Positions 1-9,493 are shown, counted from the stretch's first letter. The stretch is 64,000 nt of DNA from Pirellulales bacterium (GCA_040901675.1 JBBDYJ010000032.1:32656-96655), one strand, 5' to 3'. Numbers and translations are program-made. Notes: generated from the sequence alone by a model not told the origin.

Positions 1-1
1 G

Positions 2-331
2 AACGCGGGGACCACGCCGATTGTCGTCGACCGGGGGAACGGTCTTTCACTCGAGAGCCAGCGTTACGCCCGCTACGCGGTCGAGCATGGCTACCACGTC
101 GAGCTCAAGGAGCCGCGGTCCCCGTGGTGGCTCGAAATCCGCTCGCTGCTGGACGAGCAGCCCCGCAACGAGGCGCTGCTCGACCAGTGGGCCGAGCGGC
201 TGGCCCAGATGAGCCGCTCGACGCACCGCGTCCCCGCCTCGACGATCAAGCACCGCATGGTGAAGTGGAAGTGCGACCTGACGATCGCGGACATCTTGAG
301 TTATCAAGTAGCTCGCGGGTCGAGGGGCTAA
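2..331 (+). CDS. C-terminal part of a putative AAA_33 / N4BP2-like P-loop kinase (truncated by window edge)
   Basis: Not in the ORF track because it has no start codon. Frame 2 is open to TAA at 329-331 and reads ..TPIVVDRGN..SQRYARYAVEHGYHVELKEPRSPWW..THRVPASTIKHRM.., which resembles the Walker-B and downstream region of N4BP2-like kinases. Codon usage matches neighbouring genes. Confidence 0.6.
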   Translation, partial: NAGTTPIVVDRGNGLSLESQRYARYAVEHGYHVELKEPRSPWWLEIRSLLDEQPRNEALLDQWAERLAQMSRSTHRVPASTIKHRMVKWKCDLTIADILSYQVARGSRG

Positions 332-1515
332 TCAGCTTTCTGTTCCGAGATCGCCTGCTGGCACCACGTTTCAAGCTCCGCAACGCTCGTTCGCGCCTGC
401 TTGTCCAGCATTCGAAGCAGGGGAACGAACATGATCCCAAACATGCCTCCACCAAAGACGGCGCGGGCGAGGTTGGCGGGCTCCGGAGGGAGAGCGAGCA
501 CCAGGATAAGAATGGCGAGCAACACCATGACTATAAGCCGAAAAACCCTCAGGTCTCTGGCCCGCCGCCTGGCTTCCTCTAGGCGCACCGTTGCCTCGCG
601 TAGGGATCTTGGAGCGCCGTGCCTGCCGACAAGCAGAACGCGGTGCGGCGCGATGTGGCGACAAACAAGGGCAAGGATCGCCTCGGGCTGCGGACCGCGC
701 CACTGAGTCTGTCCGTCGTTGACGAACAGGCGAACCTTGCGGTCAGGTAGTGTCATGGATAACTTCTGAAAATCCCTCCGATCGTGCTTCAAGCGATCGA
801 TCCGGACTTCGGCCACATCGCTCCATGGGTAGCTGATTGTCTTGTTTTTGCCGCGAGTAAACTCGATCCCGGCCCCATTGAGTTTCATGGTCCTCCCAGG
901 CCACCAATGGAGCAAAGCCTCGTTGAGTGGCTCCGGCTCGGGGGGCTCGCGATACATTTCGCGGCATATCTCCACCAGCCATCGCTGCTCGGATTCGGCA
1001 ATCAAACCAAAACACAATTCGCGATGGTTTATGAACCGATGGGTCAGATAGTAGAGCAAAGGGCTCCGCGTGCCCCAGGCATAGCTGTCGAGGAGATGTC
1101 CCTTGCACACTCGGCCATCGCGGAAGGCTTCCCAGGGCCAAACATCCCATCGCAACAATCTCCGGCGAGCGATGCCTTGGTCGTCGACGCGTAGACGCCA
1201 GCGGAACACGAGTGTGCTGATAAGCACCGCCACGACCATCAACAGTGCGCCCGCCGCCATGGCGGCACCCGGCCCGCGTGGCCCGGGCGCCATCCAGGCC
1301 AGGACAGCGCCTGCCACGCCGCCGACCAGCACGTATGCTCCGCAACGGCGAAACTCCGGCGCCAAAGCGAAATACCGTGGCGGGCCATCTAAAGAGAGCG
1401 GCCTTCTATCGCTCCCCTCTTCCGGACCACCAGAACCAGAACCAGTCGCGCGCGAAGCGCGGTCGCGATTAGCCCCTGCTGTCCCAGCTCCCGTTCTTGT
1501 GCCTTGTTGTGTCAT
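328..1515 (-). CDS. Hypothetical membrane protein, about 4 TM helices, with PH-like beta regions
   Basis: Long ORF (track 328..1536; ATG at 1515 chosen, start uncertain). Two N-terminal and two C-terminal hydrophobic helices. 'LRVDDQGIARR..PWE' and 'KLNGAGIEF..YPWSDV' segments are typical of bacterial PH domains. Confidence 0.6.
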   Translation of the reverse strand: MTQQGTRTGAGTAGANRDRASRATGSGSGGPEEGSDRRPLSLDGPPRYFALAPEFRRCGAYVLVGGVAGAVLAWMAPGPRGPGAAMAAGALLMVVAVLISTLVFRWRLRVDDQGIARRRLLRWDVWPWEAFRDGRVCKGHLLDSYAWGTRSPLLYYLTHRFINHRELCFGLIAESEQRWLVEICREMYREPPEPEPLNEALLHWWPGRTMKLNGAGIEFTRGKNKTISYPWSDVAEVRIDRLKHDRRDFQKLSMTLPDRKVRLFVNDGQTQWRGPQPEAILALVCRHIAPHRVLLVGRHGAPRSLREATVRLEEARRRARDLRVFRLIVMVLLAILILVLALPPEPANLARAVFGGGMFGIMFVPLLRMLDKQARTSVAELETWCQQAISEQKAD

Positions 1516-1601
1516 TGCGGCTAGACCGGTGCCCAATCATCTCTTCGCTATCTCCATCGTAAGCTTGGCTTTCATGGTTTGCATCCGCGTCGCCCCGGAT
1601 A

Positions 1602-1655
1602 GTAGCCGTCACGCTGGAGCGTGACGAGCTACCTCACGCGGAGCGTGAGGGCTAC
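1602..1655. repeat. GTAG-type REP doublet (REPIN-like)
   Basis: GTAGCCGTCACGCT-gg-AGCGTGACG ... CTCACGC-gga-GCGTGAG-GGCTAC: two hairpins bounded by GTAG and CTAC. Confidence 0.75.
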
Positions 1656-1750
1656 CGATAGGAGCTTCTCCGTGCGGTTTCAGCTTGTGCGTGGCCTATC
1701 GCATGAGTACAACTTGATGGGTCAGGCGTTTGGAGCCCGATCGGAAACCC

Positions 1751-2818
1751 ATGCCACTACGATTCGACCCACAGCGTCTGAAGCAACTCGTTACCGCCGT
1801 GTTCGCCGCTGCCGGCAGCCAGCCGCCTGAGCCGGAACGGATCGCTCATTACCTGGTCGAGTCGAACCTGGTGGGCCACGATTCGCACGGCGTGATCCGC
1901 GTGGCCAGCTATGTCCAGTGGCTCCGCGAAGGCAAGGTGCTGGCCAACCGCTCGCTGAACGTGGTCCTGGAAAACGAGTGCCTGGCGGTCGTCGATGGCC
2001 AGTTCGGCTTTGGCCAGACGGTGGGCGAAGCGGCCGTGCGGCTGGGGATTGCCAAGGCAAGGCGGCAGGGCGTGTCGGTGGTGGCGCTGCGCAACTGCGG
2101 GCACCTGGGCCGCATCGGCGACTGGCCGGCGCTGGCCGCGGAGTCGAACCAGGTCTCACTGCACTTCGTGAACACCAGCGGAGCAGGCCTGTTGGTGTCG
2201 CCGTTCGGTGGGATCGAGCGGCGGCTGTCGGCCAACCCGATCGCGGCCGGCGTGCCGATGCCGGGCACCTGGCCGCTGGTGGTGGATATTTCGACCAGCT
2301 CGGTGGCCGAGGGCAAGATCCGCGTGGCCCTGAACAAAGGGGTCGCGGTGCCCGATTGCTGCATCATCGACTCCCAGGGAGAGCCGACCAACGATCCGCG
2401 GGTGTTCTACGCCAACCCGCCCGGCGCCATCCTGCCGTTCGGCGGCCACAAGGGGTACGGCCTGTGCCTGCTGGCCGACGTGCTGGCCGGAGCACTGACG
2501 GGCAACGGCTGCACGGCGCCGGGCGTGACGCGGCTCTCGAACGGCATGCTCTCGATCTACCTCGACTTGAACTTCTTCGGCGAGGAGAAGTCGATCCTGG
2601 ACGAGGTGCAACGCTTTGTCCGGTTCGTGAAAAGCTCCAGGCCGGCCACGCCGGACGGCGAAATCCTGGTGCCCGGCGAGGTCGAGGAGCTCTCCCGCGC
2701 CCGGCGGCTCGAGCAAGGCATCGAGCTGGACGACACCACATGGAGCCAGATCGTCCAGACATGCAGAACGCTGAACATGCCCGAGCAGGCCGTGGCGGCC
2801 TGCATCGGCAAGCAATAG
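1751..2818 (+). CDS. Malate/lactate/ureidoglycolate dehydrogenase (Ldh_2 family, HcxB/YbiC-like)
   Basis: Motifs GHDSHG, DGQFGFGQ, HLGRIG, NPIA, PFGGHKGYGL, VPGE. Confidence 0.92.
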   Translation: MPLRFDPQRLKQLVTAVFAAAGSQPPEPERIAHYLVESNLVGHDSHGVIRVASYVQWLREGKVLANRSLNVVLENECLAVVDGQFGFGQTVGEAAVRLGIAKARRQGVSVVALRNCGHLGRIGDWPALAAESNQVSLHFVNTSGAGLLVSPFGGIERRLSANPIAAGVPMPGTWPLVVDISTSSVAEGKIRVALNKGVAVPDCCIIDSQGEPTNDPRVFYANPPGAILPFGGHKGYGLCLLADVLAGALTGNGCTAPGVTRLSNGMLSIYLDLNFFGEEKSILDEVQRFVRFVKSSRPATPDGEILVPGEVEELSRARRLEQGIELDDTTWSQIVQTCRTLNMPEQAVAACIGKQ

Positions 2819-2855
2819 ACCGGCCGCCGCCTGGCGCGGCCGCCAGCAGGTAACG

Positions 2856-4652
2856 ATGCCTACCTTTTTCAGCCTCAAGCTGATCGACCTGGCGGCCATC
2901 GCCGGGTACTTCGCCGCGGTGATGGCCTTGGGCTTCTGGGTCTCGCGGCGAGTCAAGAACGAGACCGATTTTTTTCTGGGCGGCCGCAAGTTCGGCAAGG
3001 GCCTGCTGGTGATGCACTGGCTGTGCACCGGCACGCACAGCGACATGGCCGTGCAGGTCGCCGGCGCCAGTGCCCGCGTGGGGCTGGGCGGCATCTGGTA
3101 CCAGTGGATGTGGCTGTTCTCCACTCCGTTCTACTGGCTGATCGCCCCGGTCATGCGGCGGCTGCGGGTGATCACCACGGGCGACTTCTTTCGCATCCGC
3201 TACGGCCGCGGCCTGGAGATGATGTACTCGCTGGTGGCCTTGGTTTACGTGGCGCTTTCGATCGCGGTGTTGCTGCGCGGGGCCGGGGCGGCCATTTCGG
3301 GCGCCACCGGCGGGGAGATCCCCACTGAGACGTCGGTGATCGTGCTGTCGATCTTGTTTTCGACGTACATCATGGCCGGCGGCCTCGTGGCGGCCGCGTA
3401 TACCGATTTCCTGCAAGGCCTGTTGATCATTGTGCTGTCGGTGCTGCTGGTGCCGGCCGGCTTGAGCCTGGTGGGTGGCTTTGCCGGACTGCACGAATCG
3501 CTCGACGCGGGCATGTTCGCCATCACGGCGCCGGCGGGCGCCAAGGAAGGCAACGCGGGCTTTGTGATTTCGATGTCGCTGTTGGGGCTGGTGGGCATTG
3601 TGGCGCAGCCGCACGTGATGAGCGCCACGGGCTCGGGCAAGACCGAGACGGAGGCCCGGGTGGGGATGTGCTACGGCAATTTCATCAAGCGGCTGTTGAC
3701 GATCGCCTGGGCTTTTACGGGATTGATCGCCTTGACTCAGTTTCCCGACGTGCTGGCCGAAGCGGCCCCCGGCGAGGCGGACGCCGCCAGCGAGAGGTTG
3801 TTCGGGCGTGCCATCCGCGAGTTTCTGCCCGATGGTTGGCGGGGGCTGATGATCGCCTGCCTGATCGCCGGCGTGACCAGCGCCGAGACGATCATGGTGG
3901 TGGCCGCGGCCATCTTCACGCGCAACTTCTACGCTCACCTGGCGCGGGACAAGAGCAGCCGGCATTATCTCTGGGTGGGCCGGCTCGCCTCGGCGGCCAT
4001 GCTGGCCTTCAGCGTCTGGCTGGCTTTTTATGCAGGAAGCGTGACCGTGCTGTTCGTCAGCTCAGTGCAGGTCATCGGCCTGTTGGGACCGGCCTTCTGG
4101 CTGGGAGTGACGTGGCGGCGGGCGAACGCGATCGGCGTCTGGGCCAGTTTTATCGGAGGTATCTTGCTGTGGACCATGATGAGCCTGGACCCGAAGACGT
4201 TGGCCCAGGTTCCGGGTTTGCGCGAGGCCGGTAGCTGGCTGATTGGAATCGGCGACGTCAGCGGTCTTCGCGAGTGGCCGGAGCCGGCCCAGATCGTGTT
4301 GAGACTCGCGGTCCAGTTCGGACTGCTGTTCGTGGTGAGCCTGCTGACGCCTGCACCCCGGGCCTCGCGGCTCGATCCGTTCTTTGCCCGGCTGCTCACG
4401 CCCGTGGGACGCGAGGACGAGGTCCGCCTCGAAACGCCCGGCGGCACGCTGGCCGAGTCGGCTACGCTGGGCATGGAAGGCGTGCTGTTGGATTACGACA
4501 AGGCGTGCAAGTTCGCCTACCAGCCGCTGCGGCGGTTGGGCATTGAAATACCGCGGATGACGTGGTTTGATTGGGCCGGCTTCGTAGCCGCCTGGGTGTT
4601 GGTGGGCGGCTTGATCGTTTTTCTACTTTGGCTGGCGAGGCTGGGTGCATGA
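2856..4652 (+). CDS. Sodium:solute symporter (SSS) family transporter
   Basis: FFLGGR, RYG, GGLVAAAYTDFLQG, WRRAN motifs; more than 12 TM helices. Confidence 0.92.
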   Translation: MPTFFSLKLIDLAAIAGYFAAVMALGFWVSRRVKNETDFFLGGRKFGKGLLVMHWLCTGTHSDMAVQVAGASARVGLGGIWYQWMWLFSTPFYWLIAPVMRRLRVITTGDFFRIRYGRGLEMMYSLVALVYVALSIAVLLRGAGAAISGATGGEIPTETSVIVLSILFSTYIMAGGLVAAAYTDFLQGLLIIVLSVLLVPAGLSLVGGFAGLHESLDAGMFAITAPAGAKEGNAGFVISMSLLGLVGIVAQPHVMSATGSGKTETEARVGMCYGNFIKRLLTIAWAFTGLIALTQFPDVLAEAAPGEADAASERLFGRAIREFLPDGWRGLMIACLIAGVTSAETIMVVAAAIFTRNFYAHLARDKSSRHYLWVGRLASAAMLAFSVWLAFYAGSVTVLFVSSVQVIGLLGPAFWLGVTWRRANAIGVWASFIGGILLWTMMSLDPKTLAQVPGLREAGSWLIGIGDVSGLREWPEPAQIVLRLAVQFGLLFVVSLLTPAPRASRLDPFFARLLTPVGREDEVRLETPGGTLAESATLGMEGVLLDYDKACKFAYQPLRRLGIEIPRMTWFDWAGFVAAWVLVGGLIVFLLWLARLGA

Positions 4653-5413
4653 TGAGCAAGGCGGCAGCATTTGAGAATCGGGTGGCGCTGGTCACCGGCG
4701 GCTCGCGCGGGATCGGCCGCGAGACGGCGTTGCGGCTGGCCCGCGAGGGGGCCGACGTGGCCATCAGCTATGCCACGCGCCGCGAGTCGGCGGACGACGT
4801 GGTGGAGGAAATCCGCCGGTTGGGGCGCCGCGCGACGGCCTGCGCGTGCAACGTGGCGATGCCCCAGGACGTCGAGCGACTGGTCGGCCAGACGCGCAAC
4901 GAGCTGGGGCCGATCGACCTGTTGGTGCATTGCGGTGCGATCAGCAACATTGCCGAGCACACCGAGCTGAGCTACGAATGCTGGCGGGAAACGATCGACG
5001 TGAACCTCAACGGCGCCTTCTTGACGGTATTCGCCGTCAAGGACGCGATGATCGCTCGCCGCTATGGCCGGATCGTTACGATATCGTCGATCGCCGCCTT
5101 GCGGCCGCGCAAGACGCAGATTCACTACTCGGCCGCCAAGGCCGGCGTGATCGCCATGACGCGCTGCTGTGCCGAGGCCTTTGCGCCGCACGGCGTGCGG
5201 ATCAATTGCGTGGCTCCGGGGCTGACCGAGACCGAGATGGCCCACGTGCTGCCGGAGGAGACGATCCGAAAGGTCGTGGCCGAGACGCCGCTGAGGCGCA
5301 TCGGCCAGCCCGAGGAGATCGCCGCGGTGATCCGTTTTTTGTTGAGCGACGAATCGAGCTTCATGACCGGCCAGACGGTGGTGGCTTCAGGCGGGCGGGT
5401 GATGCTGGGGTGA
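4649..5413 (+). CDS. SDR family NAD(P)-dependent oxidoreductase (FabG-like)
   Basis: TGGSRGIG, YSAAK, NCVAPG; ATGA overlap with the symporter stop. Confidence 0.93.
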   Translation: MMSKAAAFENRVALVTGGSRGIGRETALRLAREGADVAISYATRRESADDVVEEIRRLGRRATACACNVAMPQDVERLVGQTRNELGPIDLLVHCGAISNIAEHTELSYECWRETIDVNLNGAFLTVFAVKDAMIARRYGRIVTISSIAALRPRKTQIHYSAAKAGVIAMTRCCAEAFAPHGVRINCVAPGLTETEMAHVLPEETIRKVVAETPLRRIGQPEEIAAVIRFLLSDESSFMTGQTVVASGGRVMLG

Positions 5414-5478
5414 GGGGAAGGGAGAAGGGAGAAGGAGGAAGGAGGAAGGAGGAAGGAGGACGGAGGAAGGATCGGAAG
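5414..5478 (+). repeat. Heptamer tandem array (GGAGAAG/GAGGAAG)
   Basis: Purine-rich 7-mers begin directly after the SDR stop codon. Confidence 0.85.
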
Positions 5479-5492
5479 TAAGGGACTCCGCG

Positions 5493-5561
5493 GTAGCTGA
5501 ATTCGCCAGAATTCAGGCGTCGTGGTGGTGAAGTGGCCAGAACTCTGACGAGTCCTGCCAA
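5493..5561. repeat. GTAG-type REP doublet
   Basis: GTAGCTGAATTCGCCAGAATTCAG ... CCAGAACTCTGACGAGTCCTGCC; its reverse complement closely matches 14116-14181. Confidence 0.75.
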
Positions 5562-5602
5562 ACCGTAACGTCGAGCTGTGTGGCGGTGCCGGCCGGGTTG
5601 AG

Positions 5603-6016
5603 TCAGCTCAGGCGTTTGGACGGAAATACGCCGTCGGCAATCAGTGCGTCACGGTGAGCGACTCGCTGAGCGGTATTGATTGCAAGAACAACGATCGTAG
5701 TCCTCGCAACTGGACTTAGCCCTTCGAGCACTCCGCCGTTCCAAGCAAAATGCGCGGGCCAGAGATCCTTTCGAGGGTGGAACAGTCGTGTAATCTCGCC
5801 GGTATCTGGGTCGATCCCCGCTATATTCGGTCCCTTGAAAAGATTGCAGTTGTAGCAGGCGAGTGCCAAGTTCGCCGCACGGGTGAGGCCGTTGTGCTTC
5901 AACGCAATAATGTGATCGACGTGGAAAGGAAGGCTATCGAAAGATTGTGGCATCCGGCAGTATTCGCAGATGCTCTTTGCCCGGCGCCATACTCGCCGTT
6001 CCAAGGCTGCGCGCAT
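5603..6016 (-). CDS. HNH endonuclease
   Basis: CEYC, FHVDHI, NLALACYNCNLFK, LFHPR..W..HF.W motifs. Confidence 0.92.
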   Translation of the reverse strand: MRAALERRVWRRAKSICEYCRMPQSFDSLPFHVDHIIALKHNGLTRAANLALACYNCNLFKGPNIAGIDPDTGEITRLFHPRKDLWPAHFAWNGGVLEGLSPVARTTIVVLAINTAQRVAHRDALIADGVFPSKRLS

Positions 6017-6023
6017 GGCCGTC

Positions 6024-6299
6024 TCAAGAATCGGAGGCGGCGCTGAGGGACAACCTGGCCTTCGCCTGCATCAGAGATAGGAAGTTCCCAACGCGGGCAT
6101 AGCGCTCCATTTCCAATCGTTCGAGGTCAGTGAGCGTGCCGGCATTGTTCTTTTCCAACAAGGCGTGCATCCGCCGTACTTGCTCATCGGAGAACTGCAG
6201 GTCCAACAGGGAGCGGGCCACGTCAGGCGTCAGGGTTGGACGCTCCGGCGCGATGACGGCCGCGAGAATGTCGGCTTCGGTAACAGTGTTTGTTTCCAT
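6024..6299 (-). CDS. Small helical protein, putative antitoxin/partner of the HNH nuclease
   Basis: 91 aa, ends 7 nt before the HNH start. LLEKNNAGTLTDLERLEMERY motif. TATACT -10 box sits 7 nt before its ATG. Confidence 0.75.
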   Translation of the reverse strand: METNTVTEADILAAVIAPERPTLTPDVARSLLDLQFSDEQVRRMHALLEKNNAGTLTDLERLEMERYARVGNFLSLMQAKARLSLSAASDS

Positions 6300-6538
6300 G
6301 CCAATGAGTATACCAGAGGCTGAAGGTCGTGACACGGTTGCGTTTGCTTACACTTGTAGTAGCGACCGGAGTCCCCACACGTTTGGGCGGACAAATCGGT
6401 ACGAGCAGGACTGAACTTGCTGTTCACGGCAATGCCACGGTGGTCAGTTGCGGACCAATCACCGGCCGTGTGCAGCGACGAGGCACTCTCCGCCTGAATT
6501 GCCTGGCCGCACTCGAAGGGCCCCAGCAACCAAAGCGC

Positions 6539-6555
6539 CCGGTATGCCATTTGCT
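6539..6555 (+). promoter_or_regulatory. Putative sigma-54 -24/-12 promoter
   Basis: CCGGTATGCCATTTGCT: GG-N10-GC with TTGC, about 110 nt upstream of the di-heme cytochrome gene. Confidence 0.5.
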
Positions 6556-6662
6556 CATTACGGCGGCACTTTGGTGCGGCGGGCTCGATTACGGAGACCG
6601 CCCAAATTGGCCGCCGCCCCAGTCCTTCTTTCAGCCGCTTGCCGGCAAGTCGGAGGAGTGCC

Positions 6663-8306
6663 ATGCCCGCCCTGCAGAGCCGCCCGTTGATCGTTGTTGC
6701 CGCCTCGCTGGTGTTTGGCGGCCTGTTGGCCGTCGCCTATTCGCAGCAGAACGAATCGCAGCGCCGTGAAAGGCGCGAACAACGCGAAACGCGACAGCAG
6801 CGCGAGCAGGGCCGCCGCGGCGATCGCGGCCAAGGCCGCCAGCGCCCGCGCGGCGAGGCGGCGCGGCAGCGGCCGGTGGACGCGATCCAGGAAGCGCAGG
6901 TGCCGCGCGAGGCGGCGGTCAAGCGGCCCGAACAGGAAAAGACGGAGCACGACCGGTCCGACCGCTTTGCCGCGTCGAATGCCCCCAACAGCTCGCCCGC
7001 CTTGGAAGAGCAGCCCGAGAAAGGGCAGATCCTGGGATTCGACTTCTTCCGCGATCCGTTGAACGCCAAGCATCCGCTGCAGACGTTCGAGGAACTCATG
7101 CAGGCCGACGTGGAGGCAAAACCGCAGGTCATGGAGGCGCAGCGGCGGCTGTTGGAACAGCGCTATAATCTGGAACCGCGGCTGGATCCGGAAGTGACGA
7201 TGTCGCGCGGCAAGCCGATTCCGATCGGACCGACGGCCCGGCTGCGCGAAGGCCTCGACTGGGATCAACTGGCCGAGATGAAGCCGGAGGAGATCCGGGC
7301 CCAGGATGTGTTCCCCTATCCGTCGCTGCCGCATCCGAAACACACTCCCGGCGGCCAGGTCTTCCCGAAGATGCAGATCGAGATGTTCCCGCGGCTGGAG
7401 CGGTTCGACGTCGACTTTGATCTGCCCGACGCTTTCCTGCCCGAGTTTCCGCCGGCCATGTTTCTGCAGAACCGGCCGGAGCTGGGGGACGTGTCGCGGG
7501 GCGAAGTGGTCTCGATCAACAACTTCTACCGGTTGTTCAAGGACCTGCTCACGCCGGTGCAACTCGACGGCCTGCGGCTGCTGCTGACGCCCTTCCCGCA
7601 AGAGGAGTTCAATCCCACGGACGACCGCAAGAGCGCGCACCCCAGCCTGGGTGTGACCTGCCTCGACTGCCACGTGAACGGCCACACAACGGGCCAGTTC
7701 CATTTGAACCCGGACGATCGGCCCCAGCAGAGGCGATTGCGCCTCGACACCGTGAGCTTGCGCGGGGTGTTCAACCAGCAGATCCACGGCTCGAAGCGGA
7801 GCCTGCGGTCGGTCGAGGACTTTACCGAGTTCGAGCAGCGGACCGCCTACTTCAACGGCGACCCGATCCACGCCATGAAGAAGGGGTTCATGATTCTCGA
7901 CCGGATCCAGGTCTCGCACATGGCGCAGATGCAGAACATGTTCGATTTTCCACCGGCGCCTACGCTGGACAACACGGGCCGCCTGCGGCCGGATATGGCC
8001 AGCGAGAGCGAGCTGCGGGGCGAAAAACTGTTCATGGGCAAGGCCCGCTGCGCCCAGTGTCATCCGGCGCCGTTCTTTCTCGATCACCAGATGCACGACC
8101 TGGGCGTGGACCGGTTCGTCGACGAGGCTCCCATCGGGCCGATCAAAACGTTCACGCTGCGTGGCATCAAGGAGAGCCCGCCCTACATGCACGACGGCCG
8201 CTGCCTGACGCTGGAAGACACCGTCGAGTTTTTCAACCTGGTGCTCCAGCTTGGCCTGTCGGCCGAGGAGAAGACCGACCTGGTGGCCTACATGCGGCAG
8301 CTTTGA
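6663..8306 (+). CDS. Exported di-heme cytochrome c, bCcP/MauG (cytochrome c peroxidase) superfamily
   Basis: Signal peptide; CLDCH and CAQCH; 'RGEKLF.GKARCAQCH', 'TLRGIKESPPYMHDG..TLED.VEFFN' and 'LSAEEKTDLVAYM' are typical of the CcP C-terminal domain. RBS GGAGG upstream. Confidence 0.85.
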   Translation: MPALQSRPLIVVAASLVFGGLLAVAYSQQNESQRRERREQRETRQQREQGRRGDRGQGRQRPRGEAARQRPVDAIQEAQVPREAAVKRPEQEKTEHDRSDRFAASNAPNSSPALEEQPEKGQILGFDFFRDPLNAKHPLQTFEELMQADVEAKPQVMEAQRRLLEQRYNLEPRLDPEVTMSRGKPIPIGPTARLREGLDWDQLAEMKPEEIRAQDVFPYPSLPHPKHTPGGQVFPKMQIEMFPRLERFDVDFDLPDAFLPEFPPAMFLQNRPELGDVSRGEVVSINNFYRLFKDLLTPVQLDGLRLLLTPFPQEEFNPTDDRKSAHPSLGVTCLDCHVNGHTTGQFHLNPDDRPQQRRLRLDTVSLRGVFNQQIHGSKRSLRSVEDFTEFEQRTAYFNGDPIHAMKKGFMILDRIQVSHMAQMQNMFDFPPAPTLDNTGRLRPDMASESELRGEKLFMGKARCAQCHPAPFFLDHQMHDLGVDRFVDEAPIGPIKTFTLRGIKESPPYMHDGRCLTLEDTVEFFNLVLQLGLSAEEKTDLVAYMRQL

Positions 8307-8383
8307 ACTTGGGACTTGGGACTTGGAGCTTGGGACTTGGAGCTTGGGACTTGGAGCTTGGGACTTGGAGCTTGGGACTTGGA
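8307..8383 (+). repeat. Heptamer tandem array, 11 units (ACTTGGG/ACTTGGA/GCTTGGG)
   Basis: Starts directly after the TGA of the cytochrome gene; units alternate to give a 14-bp superperiod. Confidence 0.95.
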
Positions 8384-8473
8384 GAACGAGCTCGATGCTT
8401 GCCAGCGGCCGGGCGATTGGCACAATAGGGGCGCAGCCGCCATATTCGACCTGATACCCAGGAGGACCGGGCC

Positions 8474-9493
8474 ATGAACGATGCGAATCGCCGCGACTTT
8501 TTGAAAGCCACCGCGGCGGGCGTCACGCTGGCGGGGCTGGGCGCCTCGGTGCTCTCGGCCCAGGAAGACAGCTCCGACGGCCTGCCCAAGCGGCCGCTGG
8601 GCAAGACGGGCCAAATGGTGTCGATCATCTGCCTGGGCGGCTGGCACATCGGCGCCATCGAGGAGAAGCTGGCCGTGAACCTGATGCACCAGGCCATCGA
8701 CGAAGGGATCACCTTCTTCGACAACGCCTGGGACTACCACGACGGCGGCAGTGAGGAAGTGATGGGCAAGGCCCTGGCCCAGGGCGGGCGGCGCGACAAG
8801 GTCTTCCTGATGACCAAGAACTGCGACCGCGATCGCCAGGGGAGCATGAAGCACCTCGAAGAGAGCCTCCGCCGCCTGCAAACCGACCACATCGACCTCT
8901 GGCAGTTCCACGAGATCAACTACGACAACGACCCCGATTGGATCTTCGAGAGGGGGGGCATGGCCGCGGCCCTGGAAGCCAAGAAGGCCGGCAAGGTGCG
9001 GTACATCGGCTTCACCGGGCACAAGCACCCGGACATTCATCTCAAGATGATCAACAAGCCGCATGCCTGGGACACCGTGCAGATGCCGATCAACATCATG
9101 GACGCCCACTATCGCAGTTTCCAGAAAGAGGTCCTGCCGGTCTGCAACGAGCGGGGTATCGGCGTGCTGGGGATGAAGTCGCTGGCCGGCGGGCATCCCA
9201 AGGGGCGGCTGGCCGACAAGGCCGGCTTGGACGCCGCCGCCTGCCGGCGTTACGCACTGTCGCTTCCGATCAGCTCGCTGGTGTGCGGGATCATTTCGGC
9301 CAAGGACCTGAAGCAGGATGTTGGCGTGGCCCGCGGTTTCAAGCCCCTGGCGCAAGCCGAGCTGGACAAGTTGTTGGCCAGGACTGCCGCCGAAGGCACG
9401 GACGGCCGGCACGAGCTGTTCAAGTCGACGCAGGTGTTCGACGGGCCGTACCATCAGCGCCAGCACGGCTTCGAGCCGCAGGTCAGTGGCTAG
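8474..9493 (+). CDS. Aldo/keto reductase with Tat signal peptide
   Basis: NRRDFLK twin-arginine leader; RPLGKTG, DNAWDY, FLMTK, SLRRLQTDHIDLWQFH, GKVRYIGFTGH; RBS AGGAGG. Confidence 0.92.
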   Translation: MNDANRRDFLKATAAGVTLAGLGASVLSAQEDSSDGLPKRPLGKTGQMVSIICLGGWHIGAIEEKLAVNLMHQAIDEGITFFDNAWDYHDGGSEEVMGKALAQGGRRDKVFLMTKNCDRDRQGSMKHLEESLRRLQTDHIDLWQFHEINYDNDPDWIFERGGMAAALEAKKAGKVRYIGFTGHKHPDIHLKMINKPHAWDTVQMPINIMDAHYRSFQKEVLPVCNERGIGVLGMKSLAGGHPKGRLADKAGLDAAACRRYALSLPISSLVCGIISAKDLKQDVGVARGFKPLAQAELDKLLARTAAEGTDGRHELFKSTQVFDGPYHQRQHGFEPQVSG

